A stretch of DNA of 64,000 nt, taken from the IMG/VR virus record IMGVR_UViG_3300032285_004054, positions 1 through 64,000 of that record. One strand, given 5' to 3'. Shown one piece after another: positions 1-8,780 of the stretch. A program made the translations under genes and the position numbers. How positions within the stretch are numbered: position 1 is the first letter of the stretch; the number at the start of each line of letters is the position of its first letter. The notes below the pieces were generated by a model, which was not told the DNA's origin, did not search any database, and saw only the letters and a program-made list of their open reading frames with translations.

Positions 1-301
1 TCCAAAGACTAGAATTGTAATCACTTATTGCCTTATCAGCATAATGCCCAAGATTTTTTATAGAGTATGCAAAATTATCTGATATATTTCTAGCTTCATT
101 TAACTCTGCTTGTTTAAATCTTATTTGACTTTCTAGCTTTTCAATATCTTCCTTAAGCTTCTGATTGCTTTCTTCTGCATCATTTAATCTATCAATTAAA
201 CTCTGCACAACATTAATATGTGCTACAGGTTCATTAGCTTCCCAAGAACTTGCTTTCATACATTGTTCTTCAGCAATGAGTCCACTATAATTTATTTTCA
301 T
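1..301 (-). CDS. hypothetical coiled-coil protein (partial, runs off window)
   Basis: Read manually: ATG at 301, MKINYSGLIAEEQ...KLKEDIEKLESQ; own sigma70 promoter. Confidence 0.7.
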   Translation of the reverse strand, partial: MKINYSGLIAEEQCMKASSWEANEPVAHINVVQSLIDRLNDAEESNQKLKEDIEKLESQIRFKQAELNEARNISDNFAYSIKNLGHYADKAISDYNSSLW

Positions 302-307
302 AATCTT

Positions 308-336
308 ATTCTATATGCTCTAGGAGGAGGTGTCAA
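308..336 (-). promoter_or_regulatory. sigma70-type early promoter
   Basis: TTGACA-17nt-TAGAAT, 6 nt before ATG at 301. Confidence 0.85.
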
Positions 337-337
337 G

Positions 338-673
338 CTACTTCTTAATCTTCAAATTTTTTACATCAACACCAAACTTCTTAGCAATGTCCTCAAAAGT
401 GACTTCTGTTACTAGGTTCGGATTAGGAATTTTATATCCTTCTGAATCATACCAATCTTCAAATCCTTCAGAGTCCTTGCGATAAATTATATTATGATTC
501 TCATCATATTCACACCAAATTTCAAACCCATTTGAGTCCTTGCAATGAATTCTATTATTATTCTTATCATACTCTTGCCAAGTTTCATATCCATCAGATT
601 CCTTACGATAGACTACATTTCCCTTTGAATCTTCGGTGATAAGTGGGTAGTTGATTACAGCTTTAATTTTCAT
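338..673 (-). CDS. short-repeat protein (YD-like beta-hairpin repeats)
   Basis: Repeats of D(S)xG(Y/F)ExWxEYDxNxNxI. Confidence 0.75.
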   Translation of the reverse strand: MKIKAVINYPLITEDSKGNVVYRKESDGYETWQEYDKNNNRIHCKDSNGFEIWCEYDENHNIIYRKDSEGFEDWYDSEGYKIPNPNLVTEVTFEDIAKKFGVDVKNLKIKK

Positions 674-679
674 ACTATC

Positions 680-708
680 AGTATATTAGAAATTTTAGGA
701 CAATGCAA
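680..708 (-). promoter_or_regulatory. sigma70-type early promoter
   Basis: TTGCAT-17nt-TATACT, 6 nt before ATG at 673. Confidence 0.8.
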
Positions 709-713
709 GAAAA

Positions 714-848
714 TTATTTTGAATTATATGTAAAAATTAACCCAATGCCTTTAAAGACTTCAAATATTCCATTTAAAAGAAATTTCATAATTTTGAGTGG
801 TTTACTTTCAGAAAATTTAATTGTCACATAGACTGATTTTTTAGTCAT
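714..848 (-). CDS. small hypothetical protein (44 aa)
   Basis: Manual translation MTKKSVYV...FTYNSK; fills gap in minus-strand gene run. Confidence 0.5.
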   Translation of the reverse strand: MTKKSVYVTIKFSESKPLKIMKFLLNGIFEVFKGIGLIFTYNSK

Positions 849-865
849 ATTATTTTAATAGAGTT

Positions 866-1036
866 CTATTGATGTTTTTCAATCTCTTCATTCAACCATT
901 CTACTTGTAAAGTTAAAAAATCTACATATTCTTTACTTGTAATTTTTTCATTTGCAAAAAGCTCATAAACAGGAGCTATAGCATCTTCAATCTGAAACCT
1001 AACATTATCAAACACTTTTGTAAATTTTTCATTCAT
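866..1036 (-). CDS. small hypothetical protein (56 aa)
   Basis: Manual translation MNEKFTKVFD...EEIEKHQ. Confidence 0.6.
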   Translation of the reverse strand: MNEKFTKVFDNVRFQIEDAIAPVYELFANEKITSKEYVDFLTLQVEWLNEEIEKHQ

Positions 1037-1056
1037 GGTTTTTATATTCTATATGC

Positions 1057-1269
1057 CTAACTCATTTTTTTTACATATGTATGATAATACTCTAACAAAT
1101 TAAGATATTGCTCTGAGCTATAATTATATTTGTTATTGATTGGTACAATTATAAAATTGAAGTCTTTAAACTTAACAGCTTTTTTAAAGTATTCTTCAAA
1201 TTCAGTTAAAGCAATGTCAGTTAATTTTAATATTGATTGTTTTTTTATGTTTGTTAGAATTTCATTCAT
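1057..1269 (-). CDS. hypothetical protein
   Basis: ORF in gene run. Confidence 0.6.
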   Translation of the reverse strand: MNEILTNIKKQSILKLTDIALTEFEEYFKKAVKFKDFNFIIVPINNKYNYSSEQYLNLLEYYHTYVKKMS

Positions 1270-1273
1270 ACTC

Positions 1274-1546
1274 TTAATAAGTGTCGAGTGTAGTGCCCAA
1301 ATCTTGTTCTTGGTTAAGAATATTAAATTTTTCTACTGCTTCTTTACCTACACCAGCAACTTGATAAAGGTAACTTTTAGTAATAAAAGAAAGTTCATGT
1401 TTATTTTTAGCAAAAGATTCAATTTCTTTTACCATATGATTAATAGCTTTGATTAGAATTTCGTTGTTTTCATTTTTCATACCTTCAGTATATAGATCTT
1501 TGTTGGACTCTGCAAGAATATTTTCTACAAGTTTATTGAATTTCAT
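1274..1546 (-). CDS. hypothetical protein with capsid-targeting-like leader
   Basis: N-term MKFNKLVENILAES; TAAATA just upstream. Confidence 0.65.
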   Translation of the reverse strand: MKFNKLVENILAESNKDLYTEGMKNENNEILIKAINHMVKEIESFAKNKHELSFITKSYLYQVAGVGKEAVEKFNILNQEQDLGTTLDTY

Positions 1547-1565
1547 ATAGATATATTTATCTTAT

Positions 1566-1594
1566 AGTCTATATGCTTTAAGAGGACTTGTCAA
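1566..1594 (-). promoter_or_regulatory. sigma70-type early promoter
   Basis: TTGACA-17nt-TAGACT. Confidence 0.8.
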
Positions 1595-1806
1595 GAAGAT
1601 TTTGGAGGACAAGGATGATTTGTTTGTTTGTCATAAGTTGTGGTTCTCCCACAAACAGCACATTCACATTCAACTAGAGAATAAGCACTCCATTGTGGAA
1701 TGTGTTCTTCATAAGGATCCCACACAGTTGTTTTACCACAGTGTTCACAAGGAGTAGTTTTAGTGTCTTTAAAACACCAAGTACATTTTAGAAGTTTGTT
1801 TTTCAT
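1591..1806 (-). CDS. small Cys-rich zinc-ribbon protein
   Basis: CTWC, CEHC, CECAVC motifs. Confidence 0.7.
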   Translation of the reverse strand: MKNKLLKCTWCFKDTKTTPCEHCGKTTVWDPYEEHIPQWSAYSLVECECAVCGRTTTYDKQTNHPCPPKSS

Positions 1807-1815
1807 GATTCTTAC

Positions 1816-1844
1816 AGTCTATATGCTTTAGGAGGAGGTGTCAA
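1816..1844 (-). promoter_or_regulatory. sigma70-type early promoter
   Basis: TTGACA-17nt-TAGACT; spacer nearly identical to promoter at 308-336. Confidence 0.85.
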
Positions 1845-2279
1845 TTAATTTCTCAGAATTGTTGTAAAGCCTTCCTGCATTCCATATCCTCCTGTTGATG
1901 GAGCAGTTGGAGGCCACCACACCCTTACTGATGCTGCTGTAGAGGCTGTTGATGAATTGATAAGCATAATTGATACTCCAAACTTTGCATCCCTTAAAGG
2001 AACAACAACACCTAGTTCATTGACATAGATTGTTGACATAGATGGATTGGTTCCACTAGGAAAAGCAATACCATAAATTGGACTAGATGTTGCATCAGAT
2101 GCTGTACACTTTAGATCAACATTAACCTCTCCTAGAATACCTACAGCTTCAGTTCTCTTTACTGTATCCCTAACCATATTCAAGCTCACTGGTATCAATC
2201 CAATCATAGGAATGATACAAAAGCCTAGAATGCCAATAGCTATGATGACCTCAATTAAAGAGAAACCTTTCTTGTTCAT
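1845..2279 (-). CDS. prepilin-type N-methylation domain protein, resembling Verru_Chthon cassette protein B
   Basis: MNKKG|FSLIEVIIAIGIL class III signal (G-1, F+1, E+5), then GLIPVSL..R and VRVWWP. Confidence 0.8.
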   Translation of the reverse strand: MNKKGFSLIEVIIAIGILGFCIIPMIGLIPVSLNMVRDTVKRTEAVGILGEVNVDLKCTASDATSSPIYGIAFPSGTNPSMSTIYVNELGVVVPLRDAKFGVSIMLINSSTASTAASVRVWWPPTAPSTGGYGMQEGFTTILRN

Positions 2280-2283
2280 ATTC

Positions 2284-2838
2284 TTATAGTGTAGTTGTAA
2301 TAATCTTATCCATCAAGCTATTATTATCTCTTTTATAAATGATCTCCATAAGCTTTCTATAATTTGGTTCTGTCTTTACTTCATGTAACAGATTATAGAT
2401 CTCTTCTTCCTCTTCAGTCAAATTAAGAACATCATAATTGAATACATCCCTCTTATGCATCTTCTTTAAGGCTACCTTATGAATCACTCTTATAAAAGGA
2501 TTCAATGGCTTCATATCAGCATAGACTGCTACAATGTCTTCAGGTTTTACTTTCTCCTTGATTTCAAATGCACCTGGATAATTGTTACAAAACCTATCCT
2601 CATTTAGTTTCTTTTTAGATATGTCTACAACAACTATAGCTCTCTTCAAAGATGGTGCAACAACTGCTGCTGATACAGCCTGATTTGTTGCCTTCTCCAT
2701 AGCATAGTCAAACCCTGAATCAAAGACATGCATATTACCAGTTGATACAGACCAGAACATAGTTGTTCCACTCCTGTATCCTTCTTTGAGAATACCTTGA
2801 GCACCCTCTAAAGATGTTCCATGGTAACCAAGTCTCAT
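2284..2838 (-). CDS. putative ADP-ribosyltransferase-fold protein
   Basis: N-term YHGTS..A..IL..G(Y/F) typical of ART/PARP-like folds. Confidence 0.55.
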   Translation of the reverse strand: MRLGYHGTSLEGAQGILKEGYRSGTTMFWSVSTGNMHVFDSGFDYAMEKATNQAVSAAVVAPSLKRAIVVVDISKKKLNEDRFCNNYPGAFEIKEKVKPEDIVAVYADMKPLNPFIRVIHKVALKKMHKRDVFNYDVLNLTEEEEEIYNLLHEVKTEPNYRKLMEIIYKRDNNSLMDKIITTTL

Positions 2839-3227
2839 TAAAAAGGAGGCTGAATCCTTCCAATCTTATAAATCCAATATGGGAATGGTGTGCTGTACCA
2901 AATATCTCGAATCTTGTCCCAAAGCCTTCTATGCCATCGATCTCTCTTATACAGATCAACAGCTACTTCAGAATGCAATACAATTAAATCATGTACAGCC
3001 TTCTTAGGATTGTTTTCATGCTCCTTTCTATAAATGTACCAGCACATCAGTTCATCAATAACTGCATCCTTCCATTTAGTCTCTCTTTGACCTTCATTAT
3101 AAGCTCCTTCCATCTGATATCGAATAAGATGATACAGAGCCTCCTTTGGATCTTTATACTCCATAGCATCGAGACCAGTAATCTCTAACTGCTCTTCAAT
3201 AGCTTCTTTCCAAATGTTCTTAGTCAT
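2838..3227 (-). CDS. hypothetical protein with internal domain duplication
   Basis: WKEAIEEQL..DPKEALYHLI and WKDAVIDEL..NPKKAVHDLI. Confidence 0.7.
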   Translation of the reverse strand: MTKNIWKEAIEEQLEITGLDAMEYKDPKEALYHLIRYQMEGAYNEGQRETKWKDAVIDELMCWYIYRKEHENNPKKAVHDLIVLHSEVAVDLYKRDRWHRRLWDKIRDIWYSTPFPYWIYKIGRIQPPF

Positions 3228-3228
3228 A

Positions 3229-3486
3229 TTATTGGGGCATAGGTGTAGATATTACATAGATCTGATCATTGTCTGTCTCATAGGCCATTGCACTATAGGA
3301 CTCTTCTGGATCTGCTTTGAAGTCACAGAACTGATAAATGCATTGATCAATAGCTTCATTGTGCCTTACAGCATGTTTGTATGATGCATCATCCCAGTTC
3401 TTAGCATCATCCATCTTAATAGAGATCTTTCGACTCTCTAGGATGTTGATGACCTCATCGTTTGTCCAATTGTCTCTCTTGAGCAT
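3229..3486 (-). CDS. hypothetical protein
   Basis: ORF with upstream promoter-like element. Confidence 0.7.
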   Translation of the reverse strand: MLKRDNWTNDEVINILESRKISIKMDDAKNWDDASYKHAVRHNEAIDQCIYQFCDFKADPEESYSAMAYETDNDQIYVISTPMPQ

Positions 3487-3517
3487 GATTTAATATTATA
3501 GGGTTCTTTAGGACAGC

Positions 3518-3739
3518 TCAAGCATCATCTTGCCAGCTCTCTCGCTCTTCAAAGTCTTCTCGATCAGCCCAACCTTCTTCAAAGATATAATCAGTCAATG
3601 CTTGTATCTCATTTGCTTTAGGGTTCCTACCGTCTTGCCGTCGAATACCTACACCTTTCGGATCGAGTATAAAGAAGTAATCAACTCCCTTAAAGGTAAT
3701 CTCTTTGATTTCGTTATTGCTGGATGAAAATTTATGCAT
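3518..3739 (-). CDS. hypothetical protein
   Basis: Probable start MHKFSS at 3739. Confidence 0.65.
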   Translation of the reverse strand: MHKFSSSNNEIKEITFKGVDYFFILDPKGVGIRRQDGRNPKANEIQALTDYIFEEGWADREDFEERESWQDDA

Positions 3740-3740
3740 A

Positions 3741-4190
3741 TTAGCTTCCCCATACAAGCTCAAGTACACGTGTACCGTCGTCCTTAGGATCAAGCTCGTA
3801 AAATCCTTCTAGGAATAGGCACGCACAGCTTCCATCCTCTGGATCAATTAGCTGTCGACCGGCTTCGGAGATAATCTCTTCCCATCGAGGATTAGACATC
3901 GTTTCACTATATACCGGATTTTCAGCAATCCTCCAATAGTCTGAAAAGAAAATACAATTACCCTCAAAGACTGGTTCATCAGACCAAATATCAGGATGAT
4001 CAACAATCCAATCTCCGTCGATATCTCCTTTATCCTTCTTACTAGTTTCAAATATTGAGAAGGTAATACCAACATTACCCTTTGCACTCCTATGCTTACA
4101 CATTGCTTCAGTAGCCTTTTGTAGGGTAGAGTAGCTAGAGGTAGCTGTATTCTTGAGAAGAGGTTCGGTTAGATCTTTCATATTTTTCAT
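3741..4190 (-). CDS. hypothetical protein
   Basis: ORF; promoter TTGTGT-17-TATATT-6nt-ATG (4197-4225). Confidence 0.75.
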   Translation of the reverse strand: MKNMKDLTEPLLKNTATSSYSTLQKATEAMCKHRSAKGNVGITFSIFETSKKDKGDIDGDWIVDHPDIWSDEPVFEGNCIFFSDYWRIAENPVYSETMSNPRWEEIISEAGRQLIDPEDGSCACLFLEGFYELDPKDDGTRVLELVWGS

Positions 4191-4227
4191 ACAATCAATA
4201 TAGAGGTTTTAAGAAGGCAACACAAGC

Positions 4228-4413
4228 TTAATACCAGTGTCTATTCATTTGTTTTGAGATTTTATAGTTATACTCTTCATTTGTAATATCCTCCAGAATA
4301 GTAGTATAACGATAATAATCGAATGCGTTACTACCTACAAAGAGGCGACGAAGCCAAATGATAAGGTATGCTAATTTAAAACTCATTTTAAACGGTAGTA
4401 GTTTGTTCTTCAT
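4228..4413 (-). CDS. small hypothetical protein
   Basis: Probable start MKNKLLPF at 4413. Confidence 0.5.
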   Translation of the reverse strand: MKNKLLPFKMSFKLAYLIIWLRRLFVGSNAFDYYRYTTILEDITNEEYNYKISKQMNRHWY

Positions 4414-4591
4414 GTTGATTGATATATTGTTGACGTTCTCTCCAAGCTCCCTCCCAAGAGTCACAAGCTGTGGAGTATTGAGCATTAAGATCTTTAATCA
4501 TTTGCTCTAGTACTTTCTTCTTAGCATCCCAATGAAGGAGCTGATTGTTGTAACCGTTTATGATTTGATTGTAGGTGTCTTCATTTTTCAT
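4388..4591 (-). CDS. hypothetical coiled-coil protein
   Basis: Promoter TTGCCG-17-CATAAT-6nt-ATG (4598-4626). Confidence 0.7.
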   Translation of the reverse strand: MKNEDTYNQIINGYNNQLLHWDAKKKVLEQMIKDLNAQYSTACDSWEGAWRERQQYINQHEEQTTTV

Positions 4592-4633
4592 ACAAGTATT
4601 ATGAATGCTTTTGCAAGGCTCGGCAAGAAGATT

Positions 4634-5191
4634 CTAATTATGAATCTCCAAGCCGAGCTGTGCGTAGAACTTCTTTCTCAGATCATTCCACTCAATAGGT
4701 GTATAATCAATCTGCTCAGCTGAGATGCAATAATACCTTGGATCTGGTATTCTAAACTCATCTCCATCAAGCATCATAACTGTTCTCTGATGAATATGTC
4801 CGTGAATGTTACCCTTGAACCTACCCAAACAATCCGGGTGAATAGGTATATGGGTAATACAGAAGCCATCTAGTACATGAAAAGCTCTAATGTCATAGAA
4901 GTATGGAAGATAGACTTTAAGTTCTCCAATATCATGGTTACCCTTAATGAGTACTTTTCTTCCATTTAGTCTCTCCATGATATGAATCTGCTTCTTTGCC
5001 TTCATTACAAGGTCTCCACAGACATAGACTTTGTCTACTGGTCGTACGACCTTGTTCCAGTTCTCGATCATAGCCTCATCCATCTCAGCAGCATTGTCCC
5101 AGGGGCGAAGCTTGGTTCCATCATCGCGAAGGAACTTACAAACTCCCTCATGACTAAAATGAGGATCGGCAATTAGAAAGGCGTTATGCAT
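4634..5191 (-). CDS. calcineurin-like metallophosphoesterase
   Basis: ADPHFSH, GD, GNHD, THIP, HGHIH motifs. Confidence 0.9.
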   Translation of the reverse strand: MHNAFLIADPHFSHEGVCKFLRDDGTKLRPWDNAAEMDEAMIENWNKVVRPVDKVYVCGDLVMKAKKQIHIMERLNGRKVLIKGNHDIGELKVYLPYFYDIRAFHVLDGFCITHIPIHPDCLGRFKGNIHGHIHQRTVMMLDGDEFRIPDPRYYCISAEQIDYTPIEWNDLRKKFYAQLGLEIHN

Positions 5192-5236
5192 GATTTTTCT
5201 ATTCTAAAGAAGAATAGATGAATAAGCAAGCTTCAA

Positions 5237-5359
5237 TCAATGAGAAGCTTGAAAGAGTTCTTCTTCTAGCTCCATGATGCGTTGATCGCGATCTCTAAGG
5301 GAAGCTTGAAGCTCCCTAATCTTCTCTTGTGCTAGTTTCAGCTCTGTCTCAGTGTCCAT
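5237..5359 (-). CDS. small coiled-coil peptide (40 aa)
   Basis: Manual translation MDTETELKLAQEKIRELQASL. Confidence 0.5.
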   Translation of the reverse strand: MDTETELKLAQEKIRELQASLRDRDQRIMELEEELFQASH

Positions 5360-5362
5360 ATG

Positions 5363-5656
5363 TTACTGTGGTTGTTCTGTTGTTGTATTTTCTGTTTCTC
5401 CCTCTTGCAGCATTCCAAACGTTAGAGCATTATGGTGTATGATACCAGTGTCTCGTTCGTTTAGATGGAAGAACTTTACCCCATCAAGGGTTACCTCCCA
5501 GTCATTATTACTAATGAGGTGTGATACAAATTCTTGATCTTCTGTTAGAAGATAGAAGTAAAAGTCTTTTGCAAGAACAGTAGAGTCGAACTTTGAATAT
5601 GCTACAGTAGTAGGTTTAAGATCAGTCATGGGAGCAGGTACAAGGACGGTCGTCAC
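5363..5656 (-). CDS. hypothetical protein (start uncertain)
   Basis: ORF in operon. Confidence 0.6.
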   Translation of the reverse strand: MTTVLVPAPMTDLKPTTVAYSKFDSTVLAKDFYFYLLTEDQEFVSHLISNNDWEVTLDGVKFFHLNERDTGIIHHNALTFGMLQEGETENTTTEQPQ

Positions 5657-5810
5657 TACCGCATTGGTTTTGAACTGGCTTTAGTACAGCATTGTTCAAA
5701 GTAAATGTAAGAATCTCTTTGAGTGTTTCGATCTCAAGCTTAAGATCTTTAATATCTTGGCCTTGAGCTTGAAGCTCGGCAATAAGGTCATTTGTATTCA
5801 TATTATTCAT
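5622..5810 (-). CDS. small coiled-coil protein
   Basis: ORF in operon. Confidence 0.6.
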   Translation of the reverse strand: MNNMNTNDLIAELQAQGQDIKDLKLEIETLKEILTFTLNNAVLKPVQNQCGSDDRPCTCSHD

Positions 5811-6039
5811 CGATAGAGGTATAGGTTACTTGATAGTTAGGTTGAAGTTCTTCGCGGAAGTCATCAATACATCCACCAATCATTTGAACGGCTTCCTTCT
5901 CGTTCATATGCTCCCACCAGACATCATCCAGACAGATAATATCAGGTAGATCGTTTAGACCCATTCCGAACTCTTTATTGAGACGAATGTTCAGAGCTTT
6001 TCGAAACTCTGACCGGGATACGTATCGTTCATTTATCAT
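5803..6039 (-). CDS. hypothetical protein
   Basis: ORF in operon. Confidence 0.65.
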   Translation of the reverse strand: MINERYVSRSEFRKALNIRLNKEFGMGLNDLPDIICLDDVWWEHMNEKEAVQMIGGCIDDFREELQPNYQVTYTSIDE

Positions 6040-6051
6040 AATAGAATTCTA

Positions 6052-6519
6052 TTAGCTATTGGCAGGCACTTCAAGCTCTTTTACGATTTTTTTCAAACGA
6101 TTAATCCGTTCGTTGCTTTCATACAGCCAGGCTTTTGTTACTTGAGTCTTCTTACCTACATCACAAATCATATCAAGAACAACTCCATTTGAGACTGTAA
6201 AGACATGACTACGTTTACGAACGTAGAAGTGCCCTCGAGGGTAATTGTACAGAAACTTGTTCAAAGACATCCTACTCCGTCCGTTAAGATCGATCTCTTT
6301 AAACTTACCTTTATCGGAATGATTCCTATTAAAGTAGGCAATAAGTTCGTGAGAGTACATTCCCTTACCGTCCTTCCTACCAGCCTTCTTACAGATCTCG
6401 TAGGCTTCTGGATAAGGAATACCCGTTACAGCGGCTAGAGTAACAACGGTACAATTGTTCTTATCTCCTTTCGGGTTATAACCTTCAAGGGTAGGACGAA
6501 TGATGGATAGTTGTTTCAT
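6052..6519 (-). CDS. putative papain/C39-like fold phage protein
   Basis: Start MKQLSII; NNCTVVTLAAVTGIPY..., HVFTV..G.V.D give a Cys-His-Asp pattern. Confidence 0.65.
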   Translation of the reverse strand: MKQLSIIRPTLEGYNPKGDKNNCTVVTLAAVTGIPYPEAYEICKKAGRKDGKGMYSHELIAYFNRNHSDKGKFKEIDLNGRSRMSLNKFLYNYPRGHFYVRKRSHVFTVSNGVVLDMICDVGKKTQVTKAWLYESNERINRLKKIVKELEVPANS

Positions 6520-6520
6520 A

Positions 6521-6955
6521 TTATGCGACCTCCTTCTTGAGATGGCAGAGGCAGTTACTAAAGAACGAACAGCCATAGCAGTTTCGTCCGTTATCAAGAT
6601 AGAGGCTAGGAGCCGCACAGCTAAAAGCTGTAATCGACTGAATGATATCAGGAGCATCCTTAAGATAAACATCACGAGGGATGCTCATCTTCATCTTAGG
6701 AATCTCGTAGATAACCTCTTCCTTCTCTTTCTTAATGCGAGGGGTAGAAGCTTTCTTTGCTGGCTTGGAAGCTCCCTTGCAGTTTCTGCAGACAAAAGTC
6801 TCCAGAAGATTGGAAAGACCTCCGAACTTCTTAATACGATTCTCGAGGTTTGTCCCGAACATCGTGACACCCTCGTTGCATTTAGAACAAGCAACCTTCG
6901 GGGAAGGAAGTTTGCCGTTCTTGTTGAAGTACTCTAGCATTTCTTTATTCTTCAT
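6521..6955 (-). CDS. zinc-binding basic protein
   Basis: CSKC, CRNC and C-terminal Cys cluster; promoter TTGTGG-17-CATAAT-6nt-ATG. Confidence 0.75.
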   Translation of the reverse strand: MKNKEMLEYFNKNGKLPSPKVACSKCNEGVTMFGTNLENRIKKFGGLSNLLETFVCRNCKGASKPAKKASTPRIKKEKEEVIYEIPKMKMSIPRDVYLKDAPDIIQSITAFSCAAPSLYLDNGRNCYGCSFFSNCLCHLKKEVA

Positions 6956-7165
6956 ACGTCTATTATGGATTCTGGGCAAAGGAACCACAAGCAAAATTTT
7001 CTGCTTGATTCATTTTTTGATATTTCTATCATCAAGGAACAATGAAAAAGTACATATCTTTGATTTCCTACACAACTGCAATTATACTAAGTTTACTACT
7101 TTGGTACTTTGCAATTAAAGGTTTGATTTACTTGTTTGTTTACATTACAGAATAAGTAATATGTA

Positions 7166-7393
7166 ATGGCTACAATTAAGCATTTTGGCGGACAAGATTA
7201 CAAAGTCCTTCACAAAGGGAAGGAATACGGACCTATGTCTATAGAAGACGCTAGAGAGAAAGTAGCTGAAATTGAAGAAGGCGAACGTAACCTTACACCA
7301 GATGAGGTAGCAGCAGGATTTGCTGAAATGAGAAGAAAGTTAAATGGCGAAAGCTTCAGCCAATTTTTTAAATCACGTCAAGTAGACCTTTAA
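7166..7393 (+). CDS. hypothetical protein
   Basis: ORF preceded by ATAAGTA; convergent overlap with next gene. Confidence 0.7.
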   Translation: MATIKHFGGQDYKVLHKGKEYGPMSIEDAREKVAEIEEGERNLTPDEVAAGFAEMRRKLNGESFSQFFKSRQVDL

Positions 7394-7757
7394 AGCTGTC
7401 TCTTGTTTCAGGAGAAAGCATCTTCTCAAGAAAAGATTGCGCAGTTATATTCTGAACAGGTGATAGAGCTTCATTTGTAGCTTTAAATCTATTAAAGATA
7501 GCCCAGAGTATATCATCATATGAACCGTATGTACCATCTTTAAATACCATTTGTAGAACATTGTCTTCTTTCTTTAAAGAATCTTCGTAATCCGAATGTA
7601 CAGCATCTTTAAAGTTACACTTAGGTTGATTACTATAATGTAACGCTAAAACAATCTTATGATAGAATAGAGCTTTAACTTTAACATCGCCATACTTGTC
7701 TTTGTCAAGTGATACATCATCATCAAATGTAATAGTTAATAGGATAGGGTCTTTCAT
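7368..7757 (-). CDS. C-terminal-tag family protein 5
   Basis: Ends LSPETRDSFKGLLDVI. Confidence 0.8.
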   Translation of the reverse strand: MKDPILLTITFDDDVSLDKDKYGDVKVKALFYHKIVLALHYSNQPKCNFKDAVHSDYEDSLKKEDNVLQMVFKDGTYGSYDDILWAIFNRFKATNEALSPVQNITAQSFLEKMLSPETRDSFKGLLDVI

Positions 7758-8392
7758 TAGTCAAGTACGTCTAGTAAACCTCCAAATGCTTTAGCAGTAG
7801 GATCACTTAATTCATCTTTATAACTTTTATCAGTCATAGGGTAGATGTATCTAAAATTATCTGTTTTACCATTAGGGAACAATGTATGGTTCCAGCTTGT
7901 CTTCTTTTGTATGTCAACTGGGAAGCTATTTATGTTAAAATGCCTTGTATGAATAGGTTCAAAGAAGTATAGAGCATCATGATAGTTTATAAAGTTACCA
8001 CCTGTAAAGTATTCAATGTTCGTTTCAAGATCTTTTACTACAGCTAGGAAAGCTACTGTTGGTACTTTTGTTTTTTCAATACCTCTGACCTTAACAATAG
8101 GCCATAATTTTAATTGTAAGAACTTCCAATCATGTCTATAGATAGGAGTATTCTTATCGTAATCTTCGTAATCCTTATGTTTTGGATCTCTCATACGTAC
8201 CTGCTCAAATTGCAGCTGTGTAACTAATCTATAGATTAGTACTGCTTTTAATGCATCTAAAGATTTATGTTCAGTAAACGGCTTAAACGCTTGTTCGGTA
8301 TCTGATGACCAAACAGCAATACTCATAATACTATCAATTGTGCCTTGATAGTAATGACTCTTAATATCGTAATTTATATTGTTAGAGGACAT
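7757..8392 (-). CDS. C-terminal-tag family protein 4
   Basis: Ends LSDPTAKAFGGLLDVLD. Confidence 0.8.
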   Translation of the reverse strand: MSSNNINYDIKSHYYQGTIDSIMSIAVWSSDTEQAFKPFTEHKSLDALKAVLIYRLVTQLQFEQVRMRDPKHKDYEDYDKNTPIYRHDWKFLQLKLWPIVKVRGIEKTKVPTVAFLAVVKDLETNIEYFTGGNFINYHDALYFFEPIHTRHFNINSFPVDIQKKTSWNHTLFPNGKTDNFRYIYPMTDKSYKDELSDPTAKAFGGLLDVLD

Positions 8393-8780
8393 CTAATAAA
8401 CCTCCAAATGTTTCTTCAGTATCTTTTGAAAGAGACTTCTTTAGTATATAATTCTCTCTTTTTGCTAACGGCCACTCTTTATCGAGATATTCTTCAATTA
8501 TCTCTCTTTCTTCATAGTCTATAGGTTTACCTAGAACTCTATTACCGAACTCATCTTTTTCTAAATTGTAACAGCCTCCGTCATATCTGCGACCTCTGTC
8601 ATCTTCATCTTTCCATATGACTATATCTCGTTTACCGTCTAAGATTAGATACCAAGCCCAGTGCATGTTCTCAGGACCATCGCGATGCTTTTTAAGATCA
8701 ACAAATTCTATAGTAATACCAACAACATGATTGCCGCCATAACGATCTGTTGGGTATGTTGTTTTGTAAATATTACTCAT
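8382..8780 (-). CDS. C-terminal-tag family protein 3
   Basis: Ends LSKDTEETFGGLLDVL. Confidence 0.8.
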   Translation of the reverse strand: MSNIYKTTYPTDRYGGNHVVGITIEFVDLKKHRDGPENMHWAWYLILDGKRDIVIWKDEDDRGRRYDGGCYNLEKDEFGNRVLGKPIDYEEREIIEEYLDKEWPLAKRENYILKKSLSKDTEETFGGLLDVL

